From sequence record NC_054934.1: a stretch of DNA of 64,000 nucleotides. One strand, written 5' to 3'. Numbering within the stretch: position 1 is the stretch's first letter; each line of letters starts with the position of its first letter. Shown here piece after piece: positions 1 to 9,471 of the stretch. The stretch comes from Escherichia phage teqskov. The translations under genes were made by a program, and so were the position numbers. Under the pieces are notes generated by a model. The model saw only the letters and a list, made by a program, of their open reading frames with translations. It did no database searches and had not been told where the DNA came from.

Positions 1-2
1 AA

Positions 3-566
3 ATGTTCTATTTCAAGAACTTCGTATCCACATCGCTTAAACCAAATATCTTCGGTGAGCATGGTAAAAACTATATGGCTCTAGATGATTCCGGCGCAGT
101 ATTTTCTGGTGAAGGAGAAGGTTCCGTTGATGCAGAAGATTTGATGCATATGGGTAGTCATTCTACATATGCTAATGAAGATGCTGAAACTAGCATGGGT
201 ATGGTAATTAAAGGAGCTGAGCGAATCAAAGTTATCGTTCCAGGTCATTTATCAGGATTTCCATCAGAAGCTGAAGTTATTCTACCACGTGGAATTTTAC
301 TGAAGATTAATAAAGTGAGCACGTACATGATGAAAGAAACTGCTTATAATAAGTATCTAATCGAAGGCACAATCGTTCCTCCTTCTGAGCAATTAGAAGA
401 ATCAGTATATGATGGCGATCATTTGATGGAAACTGGTGAAGTTCGTCCAATGGCTGGATTTAATCAATTCCTTGTAGAAGAATCAAAAGAAGAGGAAAAC
501 GAAGTTTCTCAAATCTTGGCTTCTTTGGTTAACATCAACGGAATGTCTAAAAAGTTCAAGATGTAG
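3..566 (+). CDS. alt: C-terminal part of a larger protein continuing upstream of the window; probable ADP-ribosyltransferase Alt
   Basis: ORF open to window start; PSEAEVILPRG resembles the E-x-E catalytic motif of ADP-ribosyltransferases; position next to gene 54 matches T4 alt synteny. Confidence 0.45.
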   Translation: MFYFKNFVSTSLKPNIFGEHGKNYMALDDSGAVFSGEGEGSVDAEDLMHMGSHSTYANEDAETSMGMVIKGAERIKVIVPGHLSGFPSEAEVILPRGILLKINKVSTYMMKETAYNKYLIEGTIVPPSEQLEESVYDGDHLMETGEVRPMAGFNQFLVEESKEEENEVSQILASLVNINGMSKKFKM

Positions 567-626
567 TTTACAAGTCCCTCGTGTTGTGTTATAGTAATCT
601 TACTGACATAACATGAGGAACACAAA

Positions 627-917
627 ATGAAATCTTCTTTACGCTTTTTAGGTCAAGAACTTGTAGTTGAAGGCGTTATTCCTGCTGATAACGCTTTTAA
701 TGAAGCAGTTTATGATGAATTTATCAAAATTTTTGGAACAGATAAAAAGTTCGGAATTTTTCCTTCTGAAAATTTTTCAAAGCCACAGCAGACTGAAAGC
801 ATTTTCCAAGGTGTAGTAACAGGTAAATTTGAGTCAGAAGCTCCGGTAAAAATTGAAGTTTATATTGAAGACAGTTTAGTTGCTTCAGTTGCTGCTTTTA
901 TTTCATTCCGTAAATAA
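627..917 (+). CDS. hypothetical small protein (96 aa) between alt and gene 54
   Basis: ATG ORF, followed by a GGGGACC-TTTC-GGTCCCC hairpin; no recognised motif. Confidence 0.5.
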   Translation: MKSSLRFLGQELVVEGVIPADNAFNEAVYDEFIKIFGTDKKFGIFPSENFSKPQQTESIFQGVVTGKFESEAPVKIEVYIEDSLVASVAAFISFRK

Positions 918-923
918 AAATAT

Positions 924-941
924 GGGGACCTTTCGGTCCCC
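924..941. terminator. hairpin GGGGACC-TTTC-GGTCCCC between convergent genes
   Basis: perfect 7-bp GC stem between the 96-aa ORF (+) and gene 54 (-). Confidence 0.6.
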
Positions 942-945
942 ATTG

Positions 946-1911
946 TTATATTGCTCCTAATATTTTACTTTGCGAGTTGACAATTCCCGTCATAGTATTA
1001 ATGTTTGAAATGCTTCCAGCAGTTCCTCCTAATCTACTAAGTCGTGAAAGCGAATTAGATAATCCAGTAACACCTCCACTATTTCCGAGAACACTTTGAA
1101 TGCCATTTATAGCAGCAGATTCAAGCCACTCAAGCGCAGCTTGTCTATCAACCGACCCAGCCTGCATGACTCTATACGCAAAAGTAACATCAAATGTAGT
1201 TATTTGGTTATCTCCATCATATGATAACTCAGGAGCGCTCACTGACACTGGAATGCATCCGGTGAACATCACCGCAGTATGAGGTAATCCATTACGAGCA
1301 TGAAGATTAACCTGAATATCTGCCTCGACATCCTGTGGCAAAGCACGCAGTCCAGTTACTGGGTCTTGAACAGCGTTAACCCAGTCTTGCATCGCACGAT
1401 AGTTACAAGCTTCTGAATCCATTCTAAATGAAATAACCAAAGGGTCCAATTCTCTCCCAGTTATACGAATATTAGGAGAGTTATAATTCCAGTCAGTTTC
1501 ATAGGATAATCTATTCTCTGGCATTTTTACAGAGTATATCATCAATCCAGATGAATTATATGCCATATTAAAGAAGTCAATTAAATATGTACCAACTGTA
1601 AATGAGCCCAATAAACTTTGAACTGTACGTTGACTCATGGCACCAATAAGATATTTACTAACCCCTGATTTTCTTATCAGTTTTTGTGTGCCAGCAGTAA
1701 TTAGCGTGGTAATTCCCTGATTAATATCGCCTTGAGATAATCCTAACCAGTCTGAATTTAGACCCAAGTTATTATAAGAAAAGTTGCTAATTGAACTTAT
1801 CAACGAAGAGCTTTTAGTTGATGGAGTTGTCGCAAAAACGCAGCTAAACATATTATTACGTTGGAAATCTGCGTTTATTGCTTGATTATTAAATTCCTCT
1901 AAAGAATACAT
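946..1911 (-). CDS. 54: baseplate tail-tube initiator gp54
   Basis: 321 aa, synteny 54-48-29; length close to T4 gp54. Confidence 0.8.
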   Translation of the reverse strand: MYSLEEFNNQAINADFQRNNMFSCVFATTPSTKSSSLISSISNFSYNNLGLNSDWLGLSQGDINQGITTLITAGTQKLIRKSGVSKYLIGAMSQRTVQSLLGSFTVGTYLIDFFNMAYNSSGLMIYSVKMPENRLSYETDWNYNSPNIRITGRELDPLVISFRMDSEACNYRAMQDWVNAVQDPVTGLRALPQDVEADIQVNLHARNGLPHTAVMFTGCIPVSVSAPELSYDGDNQITTFDVTFAYRVMQAGSVDRQAALEWLESAAINGIQSVLGNSGGVTGLSNSLSRLSRLGGTAGSISNINTMTGIVNSQSKILGAI

Positions 1912-3005
1912 TAAAAAGTCCCCGCATATAAAGAAGCACGGTTTAACGTGATAATTTCTCTCATAGTAATCTCAAGAGTAAATGTACTAGGGAGGTTTGG
2001 AGCAATAGCTAATCCGTTAAAGTTACCATTAGGTGTTTTATCAAATCTGATGCTCTGTATTTGGCATGGACCAAATATTTCCGTTTTTCCATCAAACTTA
2101 GATGTTGCACCAAAGTTTTTCACCATCCAAATTGTCGGGTTTGAAACTACTAGAACGTTAGTTAAGCTCGATGTCATTTTCTCAAATAGTGTTTTATTTT
2201 TAGCTGCGTCTTCCGGAGATAAAGGTTCAATTAACGTAGAACGATACCAATCATCCAAATACCCCTTTATTTCAGCAGCATATTGAGATTTGCCTGTTTC
2301 ACCATAAGAAAAATAGTTAAAATATTGATAGATATTGATAATAGCCATCAAATCTTCTGTTGAACGTGGAGTCAAATCCCATGTAAACACTTTAGTTCTA
2401 TTCTCAGCACCACCATACATACTTCTGGCTGTCGTATAAATCTGTTCATTATTATCAGCCATTATACCTTGTGTTATACTTTCCAGTGCCCCAAATACTG
2501 CAGTTGAAGCAATATTACTTAACACACCAGTAGCAGTACCTCCGCCTCTGCTGATAAGACTTTCTTGAACATCATTAAATCTATGTGATGATGTATCAAC
2601 GTCAGATTTAGATCTCGGTAAAAGAATGTTTGCGACAGGAGCTTTACTTATTGTTCCTGAATTATTGTTTGATATTAATCCATTTGATAGTTTTGATACT
2701 GTACTACTAATAGTGTTTCTAGCTGTACTTAAAATACTCGAAGATGAAGAAGAGTAGTTAGATCTCATCGATCTAAGACTTCCAGAATCCCTAGATGACA
2801 TATTGTATGCAGTAAATAATAATCCATTCTTATATAGATCTGTTACCTGGAAGTCCCCTGTAGTGTCATTACCACTAGCACGCCCAGTTGGAAACTGGGC
2901 AGTGTATGTTTTAGTTGCTACTTCTGATTTAGTACTCTGTCCGGCTGAAATTTTCTCACCGGACTTTTTAATTAAATCAGCAGTTATTTCTTTAACAATT
3001 GCCAT
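1911..3005 (-). CDS. 48: baseplate tail-tube cap gp48
   Basis: 364 aa, same length as T4 gp48; synteny. Confidence 0.8.
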   Translation of the reverse strand: MAIVKEITADLIKKSGEKISAGQSTKSEVATKTYTAQFPTGRASGNDTTGDFQVTDLYKNGLLFTAYNMSSRDSGSLRSMRSNYSSSSSSILSTARNTISSTVSKLSNGLISNNNSGTISKAPVANILLPRSKSDVDTSSHRFNDVQESLISRGGGTATGVLSNIASTAVFGALESITQGIMADNNEQIYTTARSMYGGAENRTKVFTWDLTPRSTEDLMAIINIYQYFNYFSYGETGKSQYAAEIKGYLDDWYRSTLIEPLSPEDAAKNKTLFEKMTSSLTNVLVVSNPTIWMVKNFGATSKFDGKTEIFGPCQIQSIRFDKTPNGNFNGLAIAPNLPSTFTLEITMREIITLNRASLYAGTF

Positions 3006-3013
3006 ATTATTCC

Positions 3014-4786
3014 TTAATTAACTCCAGTCGCATCAAATACACCAGGAGCAGTCGTGCTCGTTACGGGTGTCATATTATGAACGACAGTATTTTTCTTAAT
3101 AACATTATTAGTATTATTGATCGAAGGAGATGCTTGTTGAACAGGAGCTTGCTGTGCTTTGTTCTTTTCTATTACCTGGACTTGTTTTGCTTCTGGCGAT
3201 TTAGCAGAAGTTTCAGGTTTGGCATTAGGCTGATTTTTCTTGAGCTCTTGATAAGTAGCATCAATTTTAGAAAATCTAGCAGCAAGTTCTTTTTTAACTG
3301 CCGGTGAATTATTTAAATCCGGGTCATCCATCCGTTTTTTAAGGTCTTCATAGGCAGCTTCAACTGATTTAACCGTTGAGTCTTTACTCATATCAGCTGA
3401 ATCAGCATATTTTTCAAAACGAATCATCGCGGCACGGGCTTCATTAGCCTTCATTAAAGCATTTTTTCTTTCTTCAGGTGAAAGTTGCTTTAATTTTTCT
3501 TCTTCTGCTGCGCGTTCTTCATCGGTTGTCAATGCTTCTTTATTATCAACGCCACGAATCCAGTTAGATGCACGAGTTTTCCAATTAGCAATTTTATCTA
3601 ATCCTTTTGCTATCGGACCAAGGTCTCCGTTCATTCGTTTATCTTGATAATTTGCAACTTTTTCCTGGTCTTCTTTATTGAGAGATGCTCCAGTAGAATT
3701 TTGGAAATTTTCTAGTGCTCTTCCTTCTACTTCATCAGCGGTATCCTTCATGCCAGGAATGACTCGAAGAATTGCAGCAGATAATTTAGCCATTCCAAGC
3801 TGAATAAGTTCTCCTAAATTATAAAGAACCTTTCCAAGCCCTTCTACAATAGCTACCGTCAAACCGCCCCAATCTCCCTCTTCCCAGAATTTTTTAATTT
3901 CATCAATAGAACTAAAGATGCTCTGTAATAAAGGACCCCATGTTCCGGTTTCGCTAGAGAATTTAGTAAAGTCTGTACTAAACAAATCCCAAGCCTGCGA
4001 AAATTTATCTGACCAATATTTGAAATGAACCATCAGCAGATCTATTCCAACAACAACAGCCAATATCATTGCAGTCATTTTAGCAGCTTCAATAGCAGCA
4101 CTAACGGTATACTTAAATAGCATGCTTGATATTTTATCAGTAATTGAAATGGATTTCTTAAATCCAAAATCAACAGTCTTTGTTAATTTATCTAAAGCTT
4201 GAGATAATTTTAAGTTAAATGCGTCTTTTTTCTGTTTTTCTTCTGGCGATTCTTGTTTAGGTTCAACTGGCTGAGGGGTAGGGAAAAAATCAGCATCAGG
4301 ATCATTATTAACTGCTTCAGGAGCCGGTAATAAAGGACCCACAGATTCAGCTGTATCGTCCTCAACAACTTTAACAGGAATAGCGCTTTCAACCGTAGCT
4401 AAACTAGTTCCTGTTTGTTGAATTCCAGCTGTCTGAATTTTTTGTTCTAATAAACTCGTTAATTTATCTAATTTGCTTCCGAGTGATTCGCCTATTTCTT
4501 TATTGATATTATTGCCAATTTCAACAGTCTCGGCAATTAACTCAGAACCAGCAGTAGTATCACTCACTGCGCTTTCTACATTGTCAATTGCTCCAATTAT
4601 TTCATTCGATTTTTCTTCGACAGTTTGAGCAATTAATTCAGAAGCAGCTTGAGCATCATCCAATTTCGTAGATATATCGTTAAGTCCAGATAAAGTGTTA
4701 GAAGCGGATTTAGCCGCTTCCTGTGTTGGTTTATTATCTGAAATAACTTTTCTACGCATCGTTTGCATTTCTTGTGGCTTTTTCAT
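3014..4786 (-). CDS. 29: tail tape-measure / baseplate hub protein gp29
   Basis: 590 aa as in T4 gp29; extended low-complexity/coiled regions; synteny. Confidence 0.8.
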   Translation of the reverse strand: MKKPQEMQTMRRKVISDNKPTQEAAKSASNTLSGLNDISTKLDDAQAASELIAQTVEEKSNEIIGAIDNVESAVSDTTAGSELIAETVEIGNNINKEIGESLGSKLDKLTSLLEQKIQTAGIQQTGTSLATVESAIPVKVVEDDTAESVGPLLPAPEAVNNDPDADFFPTPQPVEPKQESPEEKQKKDAFNLKLSQALDKLTKTVDFGFKKSISITDKISSMLFKYTVSAAIEAAKMTAMILAVVVGIDLLMVHFKYWSDKFSQAWDLFSTDFTKFSSETGTWGPLLQSIFSSIDEIKKFWEEGDWGGLTVAIVEGLGKVLYNLGELIQLGMAKLSAAILRVIPGMKDTADEVEGRALENFQNSTGASLNKEDQEKVANYQDKRMNGDLGPIAKGLDKIANWKTRASNWIRGVDNKEALTTDEERAAEEEKLKQLSPEERKNALMKANEARAAMIRFEKYADSADMSKDSTVKSVEAAYEDLKKRMDDPDLNNSPAVKKELAARFSKIDATYQELKKNQPNAKPETSAKSPEAKQVQVIEKNKAQQAPVQQASPSINNTNNVIKKNTVVHNMTPVTSTTAPGVFDATGVN

Positions 4787-5316
4787 TCAAATAATCCAAT
4801 AATATTGCCAATTCCGGTTATTGGACCATTAGGGCCAGGAATTGCTAAAGTTGTAAAAATATCATTTGCCCATTTTAAAACGAATGCTGGCATCTCAAGA
4901 AAATTAATTTCTTTAACTTCATCATTGACCTTAAGCAAGCATTTGGATAACATATCGCTCACCGTTAAAAATTGTTCAAATTTTCCAGGAGGTCTAAAAT
5001 AAAATGTATTTCCTTGGTATTGAAATTCTAATCTTTGGCATACATAAACATCATTAATGTCATAAGTATAACCATCTATTTCTTTACGAGATTTAATCTT
5101 TCCATTAAATTCCAATAAATGAATGGAAACGAAATCAACTTCTGCTGGTGATAAATTCGGGCAAATAGAATCAATAAGAAGTTTTAAATTTTCATCAGGA
5201 CCTTTAACATCTTTTAAAATGTTATAATGTTTAAGACCCATTTTAGGAATAGAAACTTCTTTATTGCTTATTGGAAGAACTACTTTCTTCAGTGGTAGTA
5301 TCAGATTTAAATTCAT
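4783..5316 (-). CDS. 28: baseplate hub protein gp28
   Basis: 177 aa as T4 gp28; overlaps start of gene 27. Confidence 0.75.
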   Translation of the reverse strand: MNLNLILPLKKVVLPISNKEVSIPKMGLKHYNILKDVKGPDENLKLLIDSICPNLSPAEVDFVSIHLLEFNGKIKSRKEIDGYTYDINDVYVCQRLEFQYQGNTFYFRPPGKFEQFLTVSDMLSKCLLKVNDEVKEINFLEMPAFVLKWANDIFTTLAIPGPNGPITGIGNIIGLFE

Positions 5317-6436
5317 TTTTAACCTTAACTGGGTCTATTGTTTCCAGTTTCGTTGCATTAGTGAACATATATAGATGAGTTACTGAATTATTATTAGATA
5401 ATTCGTGGATAACTTCATCAACGTAAAATTCTGTTTTAAATTGGTTTTTACTATCATTAAAAATAATTTTAACGCCAGGAGTCAAGTTAAAATTACCGAC
5501 AGTAGAACATTTAGCATAGCCATCGTATTGTGCCATAGTTTGAAGACGAATAGCTTCTTCATATCCATTCCTATAAGTCATTTCAGAATAAGCACCTGAC
5601 CTTGACACTACAATAGAGTTTTCTCCCTTTCCTGTAGTAATCATTGGCAATGAAGAATCTAAAAATGAATGAGCATAGATAGTAGCGTTTTTCATTGGGT
5701 CGCGTTTATGAGGATTCGATTTAGTCAACCAAACGAAATCATATGCTAATGGATATTTTAATTCTTGGATGAATTGACCTATTAAAGATGGCTCACCGAC
5801 AATCATTGGATACGGTTCTTGATTTATCATCATATCATAGTCCATCATGTTAACTCCCATGATGTCTTGCCACACAAATACAAATTTGTCACTTCCTACA
5901 GCTAGAGCAACTTCTCTTACATAGGATAAATAATTTTCAAATGTACTAGTCCATGGAATATCAGGAACATAAGCATTTATAGCATTTATTGCTGGAGTTA
6001 ATAATGTGCGATCTTGATAAATGACACCAAGCATTTCTTTTATAGATTCACCTGCATCAGGGAAAAATGGTCTACCAAATTTAAGATTTTCTATAGAATG
6101 AATAGTTCCCAATTCAATAGCAATGATGTTATCACCTTTTGAATCTACGGACACAGAAAAATGCTTACATCCATAAATTCGTGTTTTAACATTATTAATA
6201 TCATTTGCATTAGCTACAGAAATCTGAATTATTTCATTTCCATCCATTTTTGTATGGATGTTTTTAGAATCATAAAACTGCAGCATTCCTTCATTTCGTC
6301 CATAAAGAGAATCCCGCATAGTTAATGTGGTAATAGTAGCAGCTAATTCAACAAATCTATTATTACTCCAAGCGTCGTAGCTATCAAATAATTTAACGCT
6401 GAGATTTGGATATCCTGGGCGTTGCAACATACTCAT
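5261..6436 (-). CDS. 27: baseplate hub protein gp27
   Basis: 391 aa as T4 gp27; synteny. Confidence 0.85.
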   Translation of the reverse strand: MSMLQRPGYPNLSVKLFDSYDAWSNNRFVELAATITTLTMRDSLYGRNEGMLQFYDSKNIHTKMDGNEIIQISVANANDINNVKTRIYGCKHFSVSVDSKGDNIIAIELGTIHSIENLKFGRPFFPDAGESIKEMLGVIYQDRTLLTPAINAINAYVPDIPWTSTFENYLSYVREVALAVGSDKFVFVWQDIMGVNMMDYDMMINQEPYPMIVGEPSLIGQFIQELKYPLAYDFVWLTKSNPHKRDPMKNATIYAHSFLDSSLPMITTGKGENSIVVSRSGAYSEMTYRNGYEEAIRLQTMAQYDGYAKCSTVGNFNLTPGVKIIFNDSKNQFKTEFYVDEVIHELSNNNSVTHLYMFTNATKLETIDPVKVKNEFKSDTTTEESSSSNKQ

Positions 6437-7185
6437 TATTGTTTATCCTTCTCAATCAGTTTTAATACGAATCCGCGCTCAGCAGGAATCATTTTCATTA
6501 TTGAATTTAAGCTATAATTACTTTTTACGAGTGTGTGATTAATTTGATAAAAAGTAAATATCTCATCTGGGTTAACTAATAGCTTAAACACGTCTACTAT
6601 ATCAGTGTATTTTTTAATGTACTTATTACAGCATGACATATGTAGAGTTAAATTAATAGGATTCATTGCATCGAGAATTTTTTCTAATGTTTCTATCTCG
6701 ATGGCATCAACAAGTTCTATTTGGCTTGATTCACTAATTTCCTTCCAATCATACCATATTTCATCTACTTGAACAGAATGAATATTTTCAGTAATCATCT
6801 TTGCTTTATTTTCATAAAACTCAGAAGGAAACTTTAATTTAATTTTAACATTAGCTACATCAAAAACAGGTTCCTTTAATTCTTTTTGATATATTTCAAA
6901 TGGAACTGTCTTTTCTTTTTTACATTTTGGACATACGAATGTGACTGGTACTTTTGTTTTACCTATTGACCCTACAAATACCTGCAAAAATATAAATGGT
7001 TGCCAAGTCTTCGGATAGTCTCCAAAATAATCATCAATTAAATCAGTAATTATTTCTTTTTGTTCTTGTGGTGACCGATGTTCTATATCGTTTCGAACTA
7101 ACAAAAAATCTCGATAATCTTCTACCGTAAATGGTTTAAAACGATGAACACCATCTGGTAATTTACAACGAATAATGTTTGCCAT
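6436..7185 (-). CDS. 51: baseplate hub assembly protein gp51
   Basis: 249 aa as T4 gp51; divergent from gene 26 across a late-promoter palindrome. Confidence 0.8.
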   Translation of the reverse strand: MANIIRCKLPDGVHRFKPFTVEDYRDFLLVRNDIEHRSPQEQKEIITDLIDDYFGDYPKTWQPFIFLQVFVGSIGKTKVPVTFVCPKCKKEKTVPFEIYQKELKEPVFDVANVKIKLKFPSEFYENKAKMITENIHSVQVDEIWYDWKEISESSQIELVDAIEIETLEKILDAMNPINLTLHMSCCNKYIKKYTDIVDVFKLLVNPDEIFTFYQINHTLVKSNYSLNSIMKMIPAERGFVLKLIEKDKQ

Positions 7186-7202
7186 AGATGCTCCTTTTAT
7201 TC

Positions 7203-7214
7203 TATTTATAAATA
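7203..7214. promoter_or_regulatory. bidirectional late promoter palindrome TATTTATAAATA (genes 51 and 26)
   Basis: TATAAATA late-promoter consensus present on both strands in one 12-bp palindrome between divergent late genes. Confidence 0.6.
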
Positions 7215-7235
7215 TGATAAATAAAGGAGCTAAAT

Positions 7236-7862
7236 ATGTATGAATACAAATTTGATGTGAGAGTTGGTTCTAAAATAATCAATTGTCGCGCATTCACGCT
7301 TAAAGAATATCTAGAACTTATTACTGCCAAAAATAATGGTTCCGTAGAAGTAATTGTTAAAAAGCTAATCAAAGACTGCACAAATGCAAAAGATTTAAAC
7401 CGCCAAGAATCAGAACTATTGTTGATTCATTTATGGGCACATTCTCTCGGTGAAGTTAATCACGAAAACTCCTGGAAGTGCACCTGTGGAACTGAAATAC
7501 CAACCCATATAAATCTATTACATACACAAATAGATGCACCAGAAGACCTCTGGTATACACTGGGTGACATTAAAATTAAATTCCGATACCCTAAAATTTT
7601 TGATGATAAAAATATAGCCCACATGATAGTATCATGTATAGAAACGATTCATGCTAACGGGGAAAGCATTCCCGTTGAAGACTTAAATGAAAAAGAACTG
7701 GAAGATTTATATTCTATCATCACAGAGTCAGATATTGTAGCTATAAAAGATATGCTTTTAAAGCCTACCGTTTATTTGGCTGTTCCAATTAAGTGTCCAG
7801 AGTGTGGAAAAACTCATGCTCACGTAATAAGAGGCCTCAAAGAGTTCTTTGAGTTACTATAA
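7236..7862 (+). CDS. 26: baseplate hub protein gp26
   Basis: 208 aa as T4 gp26; synteny. Confidence 0.8.
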   Translation: MYEYKFDVRVGSKIINCRAFTLKEYLELITAKNNGSVEVIVKKLIKDCTNAKDLNRQESELLLIHLWAHSLGEVNHENSWKCTCGTEIPTHINLLHTQIDAPEDLWYTLGDIKIKFRYPKIFDDKNIAHMIVSCIETIHANGESIPVEDLNEKELEDLYSIITESDIVAIKDMLLKPTVYLAVPIKCPECGKTHAHVIRGLKEFFELL

Positions 7863-8260
7863 TGGCAAATATTAATAAGCTTTATTCTGATATTGACCCG
7901 GAAATGAAAATGGATTGGAACAAAGACGTTTCCAGATCGCTTGGATTAAGGTCAATTAAAAACAGTCTTTTGGGAATTATTACAACAAGAAAAGGTTCAA
8001 GACCGTTTGACCCTGAATTTGGATGTGATTTATCAGATCAGCTTTTTGAAAATATGACTCCTCTTACTGCTGATACGGTTGAGCGCAATATCGAAAGCGC
8101 AGTAAGAAACTATGAGCCACGTATTGATAAATTATCAGTTAATGTGATACCCGTTTATGATGATTATACTCTGATAGTAGAAATACGCTTTTCGGTCATC
8201 GATAATCCTGATGATATTGAGCAGATAAAACTGCAACTGGCTTCCAGTAATAGAGTATAA
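7862..8260 (+). CDS. 25: baseplate wedge / sheath initiator gp25
   Basis: 132 aa as T4 gp25; N-terminus [19 protein letters not shown] recognised. Confidence 0.85.
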   Translation: MANINKLYSDIDPEMKMDWNKDVSRSLGLRSIKNSLLGIITTRKGSRPFDPEFGCDLSDQLFENMTPLTADTVERNIESAVRNYEPRIDKLSVNVIPVYDDYTLIVEIRFSVIDNPDDIEQIKLQLASSNRV

Positions 8261-8326
8261 TGCTTCACGTATAAACGTGGTATAATGAATCTAAGTCCAT
8301 CCAATAACAATTGAATAGAGAACAAT

Positions 8327-8740
8327 ATGAGATTAGAAGATCTTCAAGAAGAATTGAAGAAAGATGTGTTTATAGATTCGACTAAATTACAGTATGAAGC
8401 AGCTAATAATGTGATGTTATATAGTAAATGGCTTAATAAGCATTCAAGTATTAAAAAGGAAATGCTTAGAATTGATGCACAGAAAAAAGTTGCTCTTAAA
8501 GCTAAATTAGACTACTACTCGGGACGAGGAGATGGTGATGAATTTAGTATGGATCGTTACGAGAAATCAGAAATGAAGACAGTTCTATCAGCTGATAAGG
8601 ATGTTTTAAAGGTTGATACCTCGCTGCAGTATTGGGGGATTTTATTAGATTTCTGTAGCGGAGCTCTTGATGCTATTAAATCACGTGGATTTGCTATTAA
8701 GCATATTCAAGACATGCGAGCATTTGAGGCTGGAAAATAA
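8327..8740 (+). CDS. uvsY: recombination mediator UvsY
   Basis: 137 aa as T4 UvsY; sequence recognised. Confidence 0.85.
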   Translation: MRLEDLQEELKKDVFIDSTKLQYEAANNVMLYSKWLNKHSSIKKEMLRIDAQKKVALKAKLDYYSGRGDGDEFSMDRYEKSEMKTVLSADKDVLKVDTSLQYWGILLDFCSGALDAIKSRGFAIKHIQDMRAFEAGK

Positions 8741-8964
8741 TGAGATATAGCATTGATGATGCTTTTAATTATGAAGAAGAATTTGAAACTGAGATTCAAT
8801 TCTTAATGAAAAAGTATAATCTTAAGCGTCAGGATATTCGTATCCTGGCCGACCACCCGTGTGGTGAAGATGTCCTTTATATTAAAGGAAAATTTGCCGG
8901 ATATCTTGATGAATATTTTTATTCTAAAGATATGGGCATTGATATGCATATGAGAGTTGTATAA
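8740..8964 (+). CDS. hypothetical protein (uvsY.-1-like)
   Basis: 74 aa ORF immediately after uvsY with ATGA stop/start overlap. Confidence 0.6.
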   Translation: MRYSIDDAFNYEEEFETEIQFLMKKYNLKRQDIRILADHPCGEDVLYIKGKFAGYLDEYFYSKDMGIDMHMRVV

Positions 8965-8992
8965 ATAGATATATAATTCAGAGGAGACAATC

Positions 8993-9160
8993 ATGTCAGA
9001 TAAGATTTGTGTTGTCTGTAAAACTCCAATCGATTCTGCATTGGTTGTTGAAACAGACAAAGGTCCTGTACATCCTGGGCCTTGCTATAATTACATTAAA
9101 GAACTACCAGTTTCAGAAAGTTCGGAAGAACAATTAAATGAAACACAACTTTTGCTATAG
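8993..9160 (+). CDS. small Cys-containing ORF (55 aa), possible zinc-ribbon-like protein (uvsY.-2 position)
   Basis: ATG at 8993 preceded by GAGGAG; C-x-x-C ... H-P-G-P-C pattern; below the ORF-track length cutoff. Confidence 0.45.
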   Translation: MSDKICVVCKTPIDSALVVETDKGPVHPGPCYNYIKELPVSESSEEQLNETQLLL

Positions 9161-9183
9161 TGTGACCTTTAGTCTATAGTTTT

Positions 9184-9212
9184 GGCCCTTCCTTTTCGGT
9201 TGGGCCTTTTTT
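9184..9212 (+). terminator. terminator-like hairpin followed by T-run after the uvsY operon
   Basis: GGCCCTTCC...GGTTGGGCC then TTTTTT. Confidence 0.5.
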
Positions 9213-9215
9213 AAT

Positions 9216-9446
9216 TTAAAAGCTTTCTTCTACTTCATCGTCTGAATCTTCTAATTCAGCTCTTTTTCCTGCCAAAGCATCTCTCACAGAGATGTCATCA
9301 GTATCTTTTAATTCAGTTTCTTTAACTCTTTTCTTATAATAAGCTTCAAGTTCTTCTAAACCTTCTAATGTTTGACAAGAGGCAATTTTACCCATAAATT
9401 CATCAATAGAAGCTTCATAAAGAAATTGTTTAAATTCTAGTAACAT
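9216..9446 (-). CDS. uvsW.1: UvsW.1-like small acidic protein
   Basis: ORF-track start is a TTG at 9458; first ATG at 9446 gives about 76 aa; lies directly downstream of uvsW in a different frame. Confidence 0.6.
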   Translation of the reverse strand: MLLEFKQFLYEASIDEFMGKIASCQTLEGLEELEAYYKKRVKETELKDTDDISVRDALAGKRAELEDSDDEVEESF

Positions 9447-9471
9447 CTTTTTCTCCAAAGGGCCGAAGCCC

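Noticed and set aside
1100-2286. ORFs 1100..1282(+) and 1948..2286(+) lying antisense inside genes 54 and 48
   Set aside because: Fully embedded in the opposite strand of well-supported long structural genes, with no ribosome-binding site; the same reasoning applies to 4210..4392, 15142..15656, 17104..17502, 18011..18355 and the many similar embedded ORFs in the track.
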